From a virus, in IMG/VR virus record IMGVR_UViG_3300035199_000659, positions 1 to 64,000 of that record: a stretch of 64,000 nucleotides of DNA. One strand, written 5' to 3'. Below are positions 18,578 through 29,113 of this stretch, piece by piece. The translations under genes and the position numbers were made by a program. The notes under the pieces were generated by a model that saw only the letters and a program-made list of their open reading frames with translations, was not told where the DNA came from and did no database searches. Positions within the stretch are counted from its first letter, which is position 1, and each line of letters opens with the position of its first letter.

Positions 18578-21500
18578 CTAATATTTCTTTTTGGTTGTCT
18601 TTATGACGGCGCCGGTTGACCTTTTGGCTGTCTTTGTAATACCGCCGGGTAGTTTTTTGGTCACAGCGCCAGTAATGCCATCGGGTAGTTTTTTGGTTAC
18701 AGCGCCCTCAAGGGCGCCGGGGGTCACCTCTTTTAAGTCTAAGAGCATTTCGTCAGTGCCGATTGGCCCCGCGGAAACAAGCTTATTAAATAAGTCCGCA
18801 GAGACACCCGGGGCTGCAGCTGCCTGCACCACAGTTGCTTCTGGAAGGCCTGTGGCAACGGCTGCAGAGGATACCTCGGCGGCGTGGACTGCAGATGTGT
18901 CCAGCGGTGAAACGCCTGTAGACATTATCGGAGGTGTGGGTGGGGTGTATTGTACACTAGCGCCAAATTTAATACTCTCTACAAAAGAGACATAATCGTA
19001 AGGCCAATTATACTGTAGCGGATAGCTTTCATCTTCTGTTTTAGCTAAGAGGTCAAGTGACAAGACCTTCGGTATTTTGACAGTGGCGCCGCGGGAAGCC
19101 TGATCTGTTCTAAGTTCTTCATAGGTCTTTTGGGACCTTTGTTTGACTTTAAACACCATCCACCTGACATTATCTCGGAGAACATCTTCCGGACTTAACA
19201 ACTCGTTTTGTGCCAGCGCATGTCCTGTCGAGCTTACCTCAATCGACATTTTCTTATAATCGCGGGGGGCAAGATTTTGCCAAATATAACTTAAGTCATC
19301 TTTATCAAAAGAATATGCAAATTCAAAGAAATACATAACCATGGGAGTCAACGAAGGATTGTTTATGAAATCAAACTGTGGCGGTAAGATATAGTCTTGC
19401 ATCTTTTGGACCATCTTGCGGACGGACTCACCGGCATAGTCCAAAGAGTCGCCAGTGGCTGTGCCATAAGCCGACGGGGACGAAAGGTTCACCATCTCTT
19501 GGTTTACTTCAAAAAATTCTTTTGCGGGAATATGGCCAACGTTGGTGGCGGGGCTTTGAACATATGGCACAGCTACAATCGCCTCTTTGATCGTTCTATT
19601 TGACGCCAATTCTCCCAAGCGAGCGCTGGAGCCCTGATCTGGGAAATTAGCAAGATCGGTTAGCGATTGCATCTTCTGATACATGGACTCGCCATTGAGA
19701 TTGGCGCTGTTCTTGTTATAAACAGAATTTGTAGTTCTTACATCATAGTGATATCTGAGCCACTCTTTAGGGATATCATCGATTTCCATAAAGACGCCTT
19801 TAGAGCCCGATGGCTCGAGGATGCCGAACTGGTGCCACATTCCGCGGGGGACCGAACCTGATCCATATGATGGTATTGATAACGTACCGTAGGCTTCCGA
19901 GATTGGGTGAGCGCCGAGATCATTGAAATTGAAATGTGGTGTTTCCATTTTGGGCTGAATGACCCATTTTTTACCTAGAATTTCATTGGTTTCCACCGTA
20001 GGGTTGCCTTGACTGTCTAACTCCATTTTGAAGATCGGCTCTACGCCGAACATAGCGAGGCTGGCGCTAAGCTGCATAGAGTTTCCATTGACATTCTTGC
20101 CGTCGTAAATCATGTCTCCATCGGTACCAAAATTACCACTAAACGTTGGAAGTAGCGCCGTTCCGCCATATGCGACGGGGCCGGTGCCCACGGAGGCGGA
20201 AACGCCCGGATCAACGCGCCAATATACAGCTTCAATTTCGGATAAAATCTTATCCAGATCATAAGCTGAGTCAGCGTCTGGTTTGAAGATAAGATCTGCC
20301 CATGCTTCACCGTGGTAATAAGGCGGGGTGTATGCCCAGTTAAAGCCGGCTACTGCATCTGCTGGAGATGTTCTAAGGGCGGCGCTACTATAGGCGGCGA
20401 GGAGGTCAGGTCGAGCGGCGACGGGGGGGCCGAAAGCTGATGGGCGGCTGTACATCGTAAAGTTTTCTTGCAGGTGTTTCGCAGCAATGCCGGTCGGGGT
20501 TTGTCTGATTTGTCTTGGATCCTGTGGGATCGGATATGACGTGCCAGTGACGAACTTACTGCCGTCATAATATTTGGCTCCGAATTTTGAGTATGCCGCA
20601 TTATCTCCCGAGGAACCCGACTCAAGAGTATAGAATCTAGAACCACTGAGAGATCTCCTAAGCTTGACGCGGGCGCCGTAAATGCTCCCCGACGCGAATC
20701 TCAGATCATCGCGTATCACACCAGATTCCAGTTTTGTATACCCAGAGTCTTTAAGGAAGAAATTGCCGATTTCGCCAAAAAAGTTAGATGCCATTTTGGT
20801 ATAAAGAGGATCTTGAGTTGGGGTACCCAAGGACGCTGTCGCGTCTACTGAGCATGAAGGGTGGGGCTCCATATCACAAATTTGAATATTGTTGAGATAT
20901 TTTGGAGGGTTAAGAATAGCCTCGAACGGCAGCCTGTTGTCAAAAAACACCCCTCCTGTTAAATAGGTCTCGGGCTTGCCGGCTGGCCAGCCTGATGCCG
21001 TGACCGCTGTTATCATCCACTGATTTCGGCCGCGGGCTGGGGTACTGCCACCAAAGAAGGCTTTATCAACCTTGGCGCCATTACTGACTGTTGGATAATC
21101 CACCGCAATTCCAGCCTTAATCGTGTTGTATAGAATACCCGGGGCGAACAAAGCAGATGATATTGGCCGGGCGAAGCCTTGTTTGGCGCCCACGCTATCA
21201 TAATCTTTTGCGGCGCCGCCGGCTTCGCCCAAGATATCGCCCCCATAAGACTCCGCAAACCTCTTTACAAGGTCTACAGTTCTCTGGGCAGGATAAAAAC
21301 CTTTATATGGATTTAGTCTGATTGAGGCCGTGCAGGAAAGAAGGATCTGCTTGGGTCCGAGCAAAGACATGTCTTTAATGTCGGCGAACGAACTCATGAA
21401 ATCGCTATTTGAATAGTCTTTATAAAAGGAAGTATCTGAGCTATTATTGTTGGTGCCCACGATTTCGAAAGTATCATATTTCTTCGGGGAATCAATTCCG

Positions 21501-24500
21501 TATTTTTCATATTCTTCCATATGCTCGCTAATTCTATATTCTGGGACAATCGCAAATCCCTTGGAAATTCTGCCCAATTCATCCTCATAATCGGCGTAAT
21601 TGTTGAACCATGGCTCAGACGAGGCGGATTGAAACGCCGGGGTGGTCTTGGTAGAGTTTTCTACTCTTTGTGGATAAACAGTTCCTGCCTGAGAACTAGC
21701 TTCCCAGAGAGCAGAGCCAGCATAAAGTTGTACTCCGCCGCCCCAATATGGAAAAAGTCCTAGGGCGCTTTTATTATTTACAGCGCCCGTTTGTGGAATG
21801 TGCATGCCTGACGGTGCTACAACCGAAGGTGGGCTTGTCAACATGTGCTTCCGCGAATAAAGCGCGCTCATCCTCATGGAGTTAAGAAATCGCACCATAC
21901 TAACAGCTTTGCCTCCCACGATTGGGCCGGCTTGAAAATACTCGTTCTGTAGCTCACCGGCTGAATTTGAGTTAGCAAATTGATCAGCGTCACCGCCGAA
22001 GGGAGCCGTCACTGGCCACATCGGTACACTGCTGCGGGTCAAGAATCCAAGCGGGGCATCAAGGGGCCAGACGCTCTGACTAACAACAGAGCCGTACGAG
22101 TTAGAGAGGAGCGCAGTAGTATTAAGCCTGTATCTCTCTATCTGTGAGTTTCTCCAGTAAAGGTTGTCATAGCCTATTCTAGTGCTTGAACTCGATAAAA
22201 ATTGGTTTTTAGCCGATGGGAAGAGGGTCTCTCTGTAAATGATCCAGTTTAAATCGTAAGAGTCAGAACTGAGTGCCAAAGCTATTGTTTGTCCAGCGCT
22301 GGTCACAGTTCGGCCGGCCATATCTGAACAAAGCTTCTGATCTAAGTCCTCATCCCCAAAGTAAAGATGTGCTAAATTGTAGGATTCCCGCAGAGTTTCG
22401 TTTTCGCCGTTAATGTTAATATTGATTAGCATGGGTTGGCTTCGGTTAGATACCGGGAGCACTGAATATTGTTGAACGCCGGTGGTCTCGTCAAACACAA
22501 AACTATATGTGTTTTGGCGGCGGTGGCGGCGCAGGACTGCCGGGGCCGTGGGGCCAGTCTGTGGGTTTCCACGATATCCGAACGTATTCTTACGTTTGGT
22601 CATTATCAGGTTAAAGTATTCGGCTTCGTCAAGGCCTAATGCCGGGGAACCCGTCCTTGTTATGCTGATGCAATTTTTGTTCAAGAATGTGTCATTTGCA
22701 TATGCGCTGACGATATTGTCAGAAGTCGGAAATCCAAGCGTATTGTCATTGGATGCGTCTACGGAGTCTATTACATAGAGATTCAAGTCCAAGGCCGGCT
22801 GGTAAGTGGTCGTGAACTTCCCATGGAGGCAAGCGCCGCCGGCCATTTGGCGGGGCCGCACCGAACTAGCGCTAACAAAATCAAAGTAGCTAACAAACCC
22901 CGTGGCTGAGCTAGAATACATGCCTTCGCTCACACCACGCGTGGGGGCGTACCCCCAATATCTCAAGCCCCCATGAAGAGATTCATAGCCTAGCGAGTTG
23001 GTGATCCACGAATATTGGCGATCAGAGCGCGGTATTTGATGTTGCACCCAGAAATTATCATATTGAGAGGCTGTGTAGTACACGCCTTCATCTGTTTGCT
23101 TGATCACTCTAAGGGGGTTGCGGTTGTCTTTAACCAGAGAAGCCTGCTGGTCGTATGATGCGCCGGGATTGGTGACGAGCAGGGAGTTGCGTCCGAACCG
23201 GCCGGCGTGTTGCGTAAGATTCATATATAAGCCAAAATCTTGGCCGTTAATATCAACAACACGGATACCGGGTGTGCCAGTGCCCGTTGCTTCTGATACA
23301 GTGCCAGACATATTCTGGAACGGCCTCAGAAGCGTTAGGTTCTTGTAATTACATGTGTTATATACGCTATATTCATCGGACCTAATATCGCCGTAACCCT
23401 GACCGATAGTTTCAATGCCGCCGGGGGAGGAGAATCTTTGCCTAATGACTGATTTGTTGGCGCTTGAAGTATCATGGAAGTAGGGGACTGCGTATGCCGG
23501 GGTGAACTCAAAGTGGTTCTCATCGGCGCGGCGGATACTAAGAATTGTACGGCCCTGTGTGGCGGCCGGTGTTTGTACGACCTCTGTAGGTAGTACAGGT
23601 GGATTTTCAACGAAGGCGCGAGGATTGGCGTAAGCGCCAACTGTTGATACAATCTGGTAATTGTGCTGGTAATTCCCAAGGATTGTTGAGCCGGTACGCA
23701 TCAAGATGTTCTTGAACACATAAGGAGTCTTAGCAGTGAAGTCTCGATAATAAACTGCGCGCTCAGATCCGGTCACCGGATACGGCCGCGGGCCAACAAG
23801 ACGAGTGGTGTATACGCGGTCATCACAACCAGTTAAGATTCTATCGGTGGAGATCGATAGGTTCGTATTTGTACCAGCCTTCGCTGTGGGCAAGAAGGAG
23901 GCAGAACTAATCAGATCATAAATAACGTTCGCTCCGGAAATAGCATCGGGGGCGGTGGCGCCGGTGTTGATGGCGTCACCAGATGCATCACCGAGGCGCC
24001 ACCACCCAGCAAGAGAAGCTGATTGGGGGGAACTGCTCGACGTTAGCACACATGGAGAGCCACTGTTATATACTTGGGCAACTTCTAAGTCGGTAAGCTT
24101 GCGGTTCCATATGGCGACTTCGTCCATTGAGCCTTGATATTCCTTATTGGTTGCCGCTCCGATATTACCGCCGATCATCACTGTGCCGTAAAGATCTAAA
24201 ACAGCGTGGGAACGAACATTTGATTTTAAATTCCGGGCGTTGGGCAGATGATCATAAGGTGTAGCAGACGGCGATGTGGCGCCGTCCCAAGATTGACTAA
24301 CTCCGTTGACGTAGAGAGTTGGCAGGGCTGTTGTGGAAAGGCTGCCTACCGTGCCGGTGAGAGAAACTGCTATGTGTTGCCAAGAGCCATTGGTAATTGC
24401 GTTATTCGCCGTTTCCCATTCGACCACGCGCACATTACCGGCGCCGGCGTTGAGAGAGGATCTGAAAGTGTATTGTAACTCCTCGTGCATGCCTACCCCT

Positions 24501-27500
24501 ATCGTATGGATTGGGTCCCCGCTGCCATTGGCGGCACCTGCTTCCCAAATTGTTCGAACTGCGTTAGATGCGCTTGGATTAATCCACGCCGAAAAGGTCC
24601 AAGTTGGGAATGTCCCCGAGCCAGTCATGTTGTTGTCGAACAAAAGATCGTAGGCGGCAGGCTGGTATATCGAACCTGAAGTTGATGGAATTACCAAGCA
24701 TTGACCGTTGTTGCCGGCGGGGGCGGGCGCCTCTGGCCAGTGTATACCCTTGGTATTGTTGAGATAATCTCCGGTCACATCAGTAACTGTAGTCTGCTTT
24801 GTATTAGACTCGGGCCAAGGGTAATCTGGGCCTGTCATGCCGATGCCGCCGTCGACGCCGTTAACTGCGGTGCAAGTATCAAGAAGAATTTTCCACGCTT
24901 CTGGGCGATTTAGATAGGTGTCAGTACCCTTGTTAATCGCCACATGTCGAGATTGGTGGCCGCCCACAGCATAACTGGAGAATGGGCCCTGCAGGGGGAC
25001 TTCCATGTCCTCGCCGTATACATCATTGTGAACGTTTGTAATTTCAATATTGCCGCTAACCTTGTCTACAACTTGTTTGTTGTAACCGGACACGACCGAT
25101 GAGCTAAGAATATTAAAGGGGAAGGCATAGGACGACTTAACGTTAGAATACCCAAAACCGTCTTGGTAATCTCGGCCGTGTTGCACTCCAAAGTATTTGC
25201 GTGTTTTCGTCTTCAGTTCAAGATTATCTATTGAGTCTGGCTCTTTGACTAAATCATCAGTAAATGCTACCATAACATTGAGCGGAACGAACACTCCGCC
25301 TTCTGTATTGACGGGGCCGTCAGGGCGCAGTGCGTTATAAGTAAAAGCTATGTTCTTGTTATCTTGGAAGTTTACACCACCCTTTAATACTTGGCTACGG
25401 GTAACCGCATATTTGTAAGGGCGAGCGAGAGTGCGTAAAACATCGACGCTGCCCTGATACGTTACTTTTGCCGCGGTTACAAGTGCTGAAGATGTCTGGG
25501 CGTTAACGCTGTGTGCGGTCTCGCGAATGACCTCTCTCTGGCGATCAACATCGGTGTCGCCAGATGTAATTTGCTTGTTAAGCAGGCGATCTGCTCGCAG
25601 TAGCCACCAATTGGCCGCTTCATTTTGCTTATTAGAAGCCGGCGCGTGTTCGACCCGCCAATTATACAGCATCTCGTTGATGCCCATAATCGGAAATTCA
25701 GGCTCAGGTGACACGAATTCTATGGTTGGAAATTGCGCTCGGTATTTATTACGCTCCAGCACATGGCTTTCTACTATATTGTATGCGTCATCAATAAACC
25801 CTGCGGATGCCGGCATCAACTGTGACACAATAATCGCGATGGCATCATCAAGCCACCTATAATACTCAATAAACTTTTCTACTTTGGACGTCTCAGTAAC
25901 TTTGCGGAAGAAAACTTCTCGTAGTTTCTCTAGGGCCTTATACCTGCCGCGGTATCTATTGACCGGCTCGCCAATGACATTGTTAAAGTCAATAACGCCG
26001 GCGAAGAATGTCAACATCTCCTCGGAGATTGCTTGATACATGCTTTTTTCAACCACATGATAATACTTGGGAGGAGATTGTGCTATCCCATAAAGAACCT
26101 CTTCTTCTCCAACGATGCTAATCATTTCGGAAGAAACTGAGGCCTCTGGATCAATAAACTTAAGGGTATTATAAGGCTCAGTTTTAACAACATCAGAACT
26201 ATTAGTTTTAAACCCATATCCATATCCGGTGTGTTGATATCCGCCGATGGCACCGATCCATCCATAATTGTCGCGCAACTCTGATGACCCCGAACTCATA
26301 TCAGAAACATAGTAGAAATTGCCAGAAGAATCTGAGCCTGTAACATTGTCGAACGTCCAATGGAGCCCAAGTGTGTTGGCGCCCACTGCATCTACTTGTC
26401 TCAGTAGTGGATCAAGTGGCGATAATGACTTGTAAGAGCCAGAAATGCCCGCATTGTTTATATCATATAGGTGTTGATCTAAGTTGTTGTCATTTAGGTA
26501 AGATGACCAATACTTCAAGTTGGTAATATTGGCGTCGCTACGGTTGACAAGCGCCCCAGTAACATTGGTTCGTTGGGCGCCCGCATACATGCGCTTGGCG
26601 GATTTAAGAAAGTTGGCGCCAGTGGCCTGATCTACAGAAGCTGTGAGCTTAAAGGTGTTTTGTATAGTCTCGTTGACCGCATTAACACCACGAAATTCCA
26701 GCATATAATTGAAAGTATCGGAGCCAGTTACCATATCAGTAATTGGATAGTTTGATGGCTTCAATCGGACAGAAAAATGCCATTGATTGTTGTCGTAAAC
26801 ATCAAAATAGGTACTACTTGTCAACTCGGGAAAGGGGAAAGGAGAGTTAGAAGATGACAGTCGGAAATAAGCGTTCTTAGACCAAACTCGATCTCTGACC
26901 GCGTGGATTTGGAAGTTTGCATTATCTGTTGATAAAAAGGCAGTATTGTCAGCAGAAGAAGTGTTGGCCTCACACATGCCGAACAATGAAGAGCTTATAT
27001 AATTTCTATCTACGATTTCATCGCTAGCGGCAAACCATGGGAATATTATATTAGCCTCGGCAGTAAATCCGTATCTGTCTTCGCGATTATCTAAATATGT
27101 CCCTGAAATATAGCCTAGAGAGTTAGCATTAGAAGAATCTGCTTTTTGAAAGACTACGCCGGCTAAGTTCTGATTATTGTTCAGGTTTACATACGAATTG
27201 TTTGCCACTGTTAGTTCTAGATTGTTTCTAAGACTGAACATTTGGCCGTCGGTATAAGTCTTTAGCTTGATAATGCGATCATCTATATTAAAACATCTTA
27301 AGACATTCCTAACTGCTTTTTCGGTTCCCTTAGCCTTATAAATTCCAGCAAGACTATTGTAAAGATTCAAATAAATTAAGTTCTTTACTTCTGCTACATC
27401 ATTCTGAAAAAGTTTATCTTGTGATCGATTAAGAAACTTTTCCATGACTTCTGATTCTACAAAAATCTCTGGACTATATAGGCCTAATGACTGTGGCATA

Positions 27501-29113
27501 TGTTGTGCAAAGGGGAGCGCTTCATGAGATGCACTAGTATACGTTGTGTGCTTAAACTTGGGAATGGCCTCAATCTGCAACGAAAGTTTGTCAAAGTAAG
27601 TCGCGACAATGTGAGAAATCATTCTAACATCAGAATCGGCATTTTCCGCGTCTTCTAAAATCCACGATGGCATCAAATTAATGAACGTGCTATTGTTGTT
27701 GGCGTCGTACCATGTGCCCTTAGCTTCTAGAGTGCTTTGAAGGGAAACCACTTGAGGATTTTGAGAGTATACGATTGGATCCAAATATTCGCTGCTGGCG
27801 GCGCCGGCGAGAACAATCATAGAGCCAGTATTTCTTGACGTAGTAGAATACCCAGTCCAAGAGCCATTACTAAGGCGCCCAGAGTAGTCAAGAACAGTGC
27901 TGTCAATGCTTGAGGTGCTCGTTATGCCCTCGTTAAATTTAAAGTAGACCCCTAGAGTGGTATTGGAAATATCCGTGTTTGTGCCGCCTCTGACTTGCGA
28001 TCTATAATATCGAGCAATTTGGCTAGAATCTCTTGTATCTTTCCAGAACCTAAACTCATCCATCGATGCGCTTAGTTTTCCGGCGTACGCTGGGGCGCTT
28101 GTACCGGAGGGGCTCGTGATAAGTGCACCGATTGTAGCCTGTAGTCCCTTGGGGTTAAGTGTGTTTATGTTGCTGGCGTGAGTGTGAGTGTCGTTAAGCG
28201 CACCATCAACATATAACTTGCTAATGAAATCTGTACCGTTGTTGTAGAACGAAAGTGAATAGAACCCGTAAGAAGATAAGGAGGCTGTTGTAAGCGATTG
28301 TCCGATGGACTGCTGGTAAACTCCCGACGTTCCAGACATTACCGTAACCAAGAAAGGCGAGCCGGTGGCGGCGCCAGTTAATTCAACTCGGAGGCGGCCA
28401 TAGTGTATAGAACTAGATGCGTTATTGTTCCACATGTCAAAGACGACTTCTTTTTCTGTTTTCGCTGTGTCAAATCCATCCTTCTTCAGCCAAAATTCTA
28501 CGGTCACGCCGTTATTAAAGTTGCTTTGAAGGTTTGATATCCGTGAACCGGTGGCATAATTAGAAGGAAGGCCGCCGGTCAAATATACGTTTTCTTCATA
28601 CAGGTTAGATGACTGGAACCTGCTGTCTGATGGGTTATTAAACGCGTCTGCGAGTTTTGTATAAGAAGATGTGTGGGGGCCGCCAGACAGCCTAATGTAT
28701 TCTGCAGTCGTGGGCATGCCATAACCAGAATCAATGGCGCCGGTCCGAGTGCCCCAGCCGTTAGCAGACAGGTTGATATATCCGTTGGTTTTAGGATAGA
28801 GGTTATTGTAAATATATTTTTCGATACCGAGAAGATTATTATAATACTCGTTAATCTCGGCGGCGGCGCCATCGTATGGGTAATAACCATAAATGTGTTC
28901 TATGGCTGATTTATAATATAAATAGGCTGAACCATATTTGACAAAATTTGCCGGGTCAGAAAAATCTATTTGCGGTGTTAGGTGATCTTGCTTTTTCGTA
29001 ACTGCGCGGACGTTTCTAGAGGATTCTACTTCTGAGAAAGCGTCCTTAGAGTCTGTATCGGAGAGATAATTTCTGTTTTTGTTTGTTGAATCAAAAAGTT
29101 TTTTAATACTCAT
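18578..29113 (-). CDS. Giant baseplate/tail-fibre protein with several LamG (ConA-like) domains (3511 aa)
   Basis: LamG motifs TVEFWLK...LYVDG...SMDEFRFW...YFKFNEG and WTFSAWINP...WQHIAVS...LYVNG...SMDEVAIWN; also a helical segment with YKAKGTEKAVR, as seen in baseplate wedge/tail proteins. Confidence 0.75.
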   Translation of the reverse strand: MSIKKLFDSTNKNRNYLSDTDSKDAFSEVESSRNVRAVTKKQDHLTPQIDFSDPANFVKYGSAYLYYKSAIEHIYGYYPYDGAAAEINEYYNNLLGIEKYIYNNLYPKTNGYINLSANGWGTRTGAIDSGYGMPTTAEYIRLSGGPHTSSYTKLADAFNNPSDSRFQSSNLYEENVYLTGGLPSNYATGSRISNLQSNFNNGVTVEFWLKKDGFDTAKTEKEVVFDMWNNNASSSIHYGRLRVELTGAATGSPFLVTVMSGTSGVYQQSIGQSLTTASLSSYGFYSLSFYNNGTDFISKLYVDGALNDTHTHASNINTLNPKGLQATIGALITSPSGTSAPAYAGKLSASMDEFRFWKDTRDSSQIARYYRSQVRGGTNTDISNTTLGVYFKFNEGITSTSSIDSTVLDYSGRLSNGSWTGYSTTSRNTGSMIVLAGAASSEYLDPIVYSQNPQVVSLQSTLEAKGTWYDANNNSTFINLMPSWILEDAENADSDVRMISHIVATYFDKLSLQIEAIPKFKHTTYTSASHEALPFAQHMPQSLGLYSPEIFVESEVMEKFLNRSQDKLFQNDVAEVKNLIYLNLYNSLAGIYKAKGTEKAVRNVLRCFNIDDRIIKLKTYTDGQMFSLRNNLELTVANNSYVNLNNNQNLAGVVFQKADSSNANSLGYISGTYLDNREDRYGFTAEANIIFPWFAASDEIVDRNYISSSLFGMCEANTSSADNTAFLSTDNANFQIHAVRDRVWSKNAYFRLSSSNSPFPFPELTSSTYFDVYDNNQWHFSVRLKPSNYPITDMVTGSDTFNYMLEFRGVNAVNETIQNTFKLTASVDQATGANFLKSAKRMYAGAQRTNVTGALVNRSDANITNLKYWSSYLNDNNLDQHLYDINNAGISGSYKSLSPLDPLLRQVDAVGANTLGLHWTFDNVTGSDSSGNFYYVSDMSSGSSELRDNYGWIGAIGGYQHTGYGYGFKTNSSDVVKTEPYNTLKFIDPEASVSSEMISIVGEEEVLYGIAQSPPKYYHVVEKSMYQAISEEMLTFFAGVIDFNNVIGEPVNRYRGRYKALEKLREVFFRKVTETSKVEKFIEYYRWLDDAIAIIVSQLMPASAGFIDDAYNIVESHVLERNKYRAQFPTIEFVSPEPEFPIMGINEMLYNWRVEHAPASNKQNEAANWWLLRADRLLNKQITSGDTDVDRQREVIRETAHSVNAQTSSALVTAAKVTYQGSVDVLRTLARPYKYAVTRSQVLKGGVNFQDNKNIAFTYNALRPDGPVNTEGGVFVPLNVMVAFTDDLVKEPDSIDNLELKTKTRKYFGVQHGRDYQDGFGYSNVKSSYAFPFNILSSSVVSGYNKQVVDKVSGNIEITNVHNDVYGEDMEVPLQGPFSSYAVGGHQSRHVAINKGTDTYLNRPEAWKILLDTCTAVNGVDGGIGMTGPDYPWPESNTKQTTVTDVTGDYLNNTKGIHWPEAPAPAGNNGQCLVIPSTSGSIYQPAAYDLLFDNNMTGSGTFPTWTFSAWINPSASNAVRTIWEAGAANGSGDPIHTIGVGMHEELQYTFRSSLNAGAGNVRVVEWETANNAITNGSWQHIAVSLTGTVGSLSTTALPTLYVNGVSQSWDGATSPSATPYDHLPNARNLKSNVRSHAVLDLYGTVMIGGNIGAATNKEYQGSMDEVAIWNRKLTDLEVAQVYNSGSPCVLTSSSSPQSASLAGWWRLGDASGDAINTGATAPDAISGANVIYDLISSASFLPTAKAGTNTNLSISTDRILTGCDDRVYTTRLVGPRPYPVTGSERAVYYRDFTAKTPYVFKNILMRTGSTILGNYQHNYQIVSTVGAYANPRAFVENPPVLPTEVVQTPAATQGRTILSIRRADENHFEFTPAYAVPYFHDTSSANKSVIRQRFSSPGGIETIGQGYGDIRSDEYSVYNTCNYKNLTLLRPFQNMSGTVSEATGTGTPGIRVVDINGQDFGLYMNLTQHAGRFGRNSLLVTNPGASYDQQASLVKDNRNPLRVIKQTDEGVYYTASQYDNFWVQHQIPRSDRQYSWITNSLGYESLHGGLRYWGYAPTRGVSEGMYSSSATGFVSYFDFVSASSVRPRQMAGGACLHGKFTTTYQPALDLNLYVIDSVDASNDNTLGFPTSDNIVSAYANDTFLNKNCISITRTGSPALGLDEAEYFNLIMTKRKNTFGYRGNPQTGPTAPAVLRRHRRQNTYSFVFDETTGVQQYSVLPVSNRSQPMLINININGENETLRESYNLAHLYFGDEDLDQKLCSDMAGRTVTSAGQTIALALSSDSYDLNWIIYRETLFPSAKNQFLSSSSTRIGYDNLYWRNSQIERYRLNTTALLSNSYGSVVSQSVWPLDAPLGFLTRSSVPMWPVTAPFGGDADQFANSNSAGELQNEYFQAGPIVGGKAVSMVRFLNSMRMSALYSRKHMLTSPPSVVAPSGMHIPQTGAVNNKSALGLFPYWGGGVQLYAGSALWEASSQAGTVYPQRVENSTKTTPAFQSASSEPWFNNYADYEDELGRISKGFAIVPEYRISEHMEEYEKYGIDSPKKYDTFEIVGTNNNSSDTSFYKDYSNSDFMSSFADIKDMSLLGPKQILLSCTASIRLNPYKGFYPAQRTVDLVKRFAESYGGDILGEAGGAAKDYDSVGAKQGFARPISSALFAPGILYNTIKAGIAVDYPTVSNGAKVDKAFFGGSTPARGRNQWMITAVTASGWPAGKPETYLTGGVFFDNRLPFEAILNPPKYLNNIQICDMEPHPSCSVDATASLGTPTQDPLYTKMASNFFGEIGNFFLKDSGYTKLESGVIRDDLRFASGSIYGARVKLRRSLSGSRFYTLESGSSGDNAAYSKFGAKYYDGSKFVTGTSYPIPQDPRQIRQTPTGIAAKHLQENFTMYSRPSAFGPPVAARPDLLAAYSSAALRTSPADAVAGFNWAYTPPYYHGEAWADLIFKPDADSAYDLDKILSEIEAVYWRVDPGVSASVGTGPVAYGGTALLPTFSGNFGTDGDMIYDGKNVNGNSMQLSASLAMFGVEPIFKMELDSQGNPTVETNEILGKKWVIQPKMETPHFNFNDLGAHPISEAYGTLSIPSYGSGSVPRGMWHQFGILEPSGSKGVFMEIDDIPKEWLRYHYDVRTTNSVYNKNSANLNGESMYQKMQSLTDLANFPDQGSSARLGELASNRTIKEAIVAVPYVQSPATNVGHIPAKEFFEVNQEMVNLSSPSAYGTATGDSLDYAGESVRKMVQKMQDYILPPQFDFINNPSLTPMVMYFFEFAYSFDKDDLSYIWQNLAPRDYKKMSIEVSSTGHALAQNELLSPEDVLRDNVRWMVFKVKQRSQKTYEELRTDQASRGATVKIPKVLSLDLLAKTEDESYPLQYNWPYDYVSFVESIKFGASVQYTPPTPPIMSTGVSPLDTSAVHAAEVSSAAVATGLPEATVVQAAAAPGVSADLFNKLVSAGPIGTDEMLLDLKEVTPGALEGAVTKKLPDGITGAVTKKLPGGITKTAKRSTGAVIKTTKKKY
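18636..18706 (-). repeat. Imperfect 36-nt tandem repeat encoding GAVTKKLP(D/G)GIT twice
   Basis: gtaat(a/g)cc..cgggtagttttttggt.acagcgcc at 18636-18670 and 18672-18706. Confidence 0.85.

Noticed and set aside
18578-29113. Diversity-generating retroelement target, intein or intron in the giant genes
   Set aside because: I saw no reverse transcriptase, no template/variable repeat pair and no intein or homing-endonuclease motifs; the only repeat found is the 36-nt duplication.
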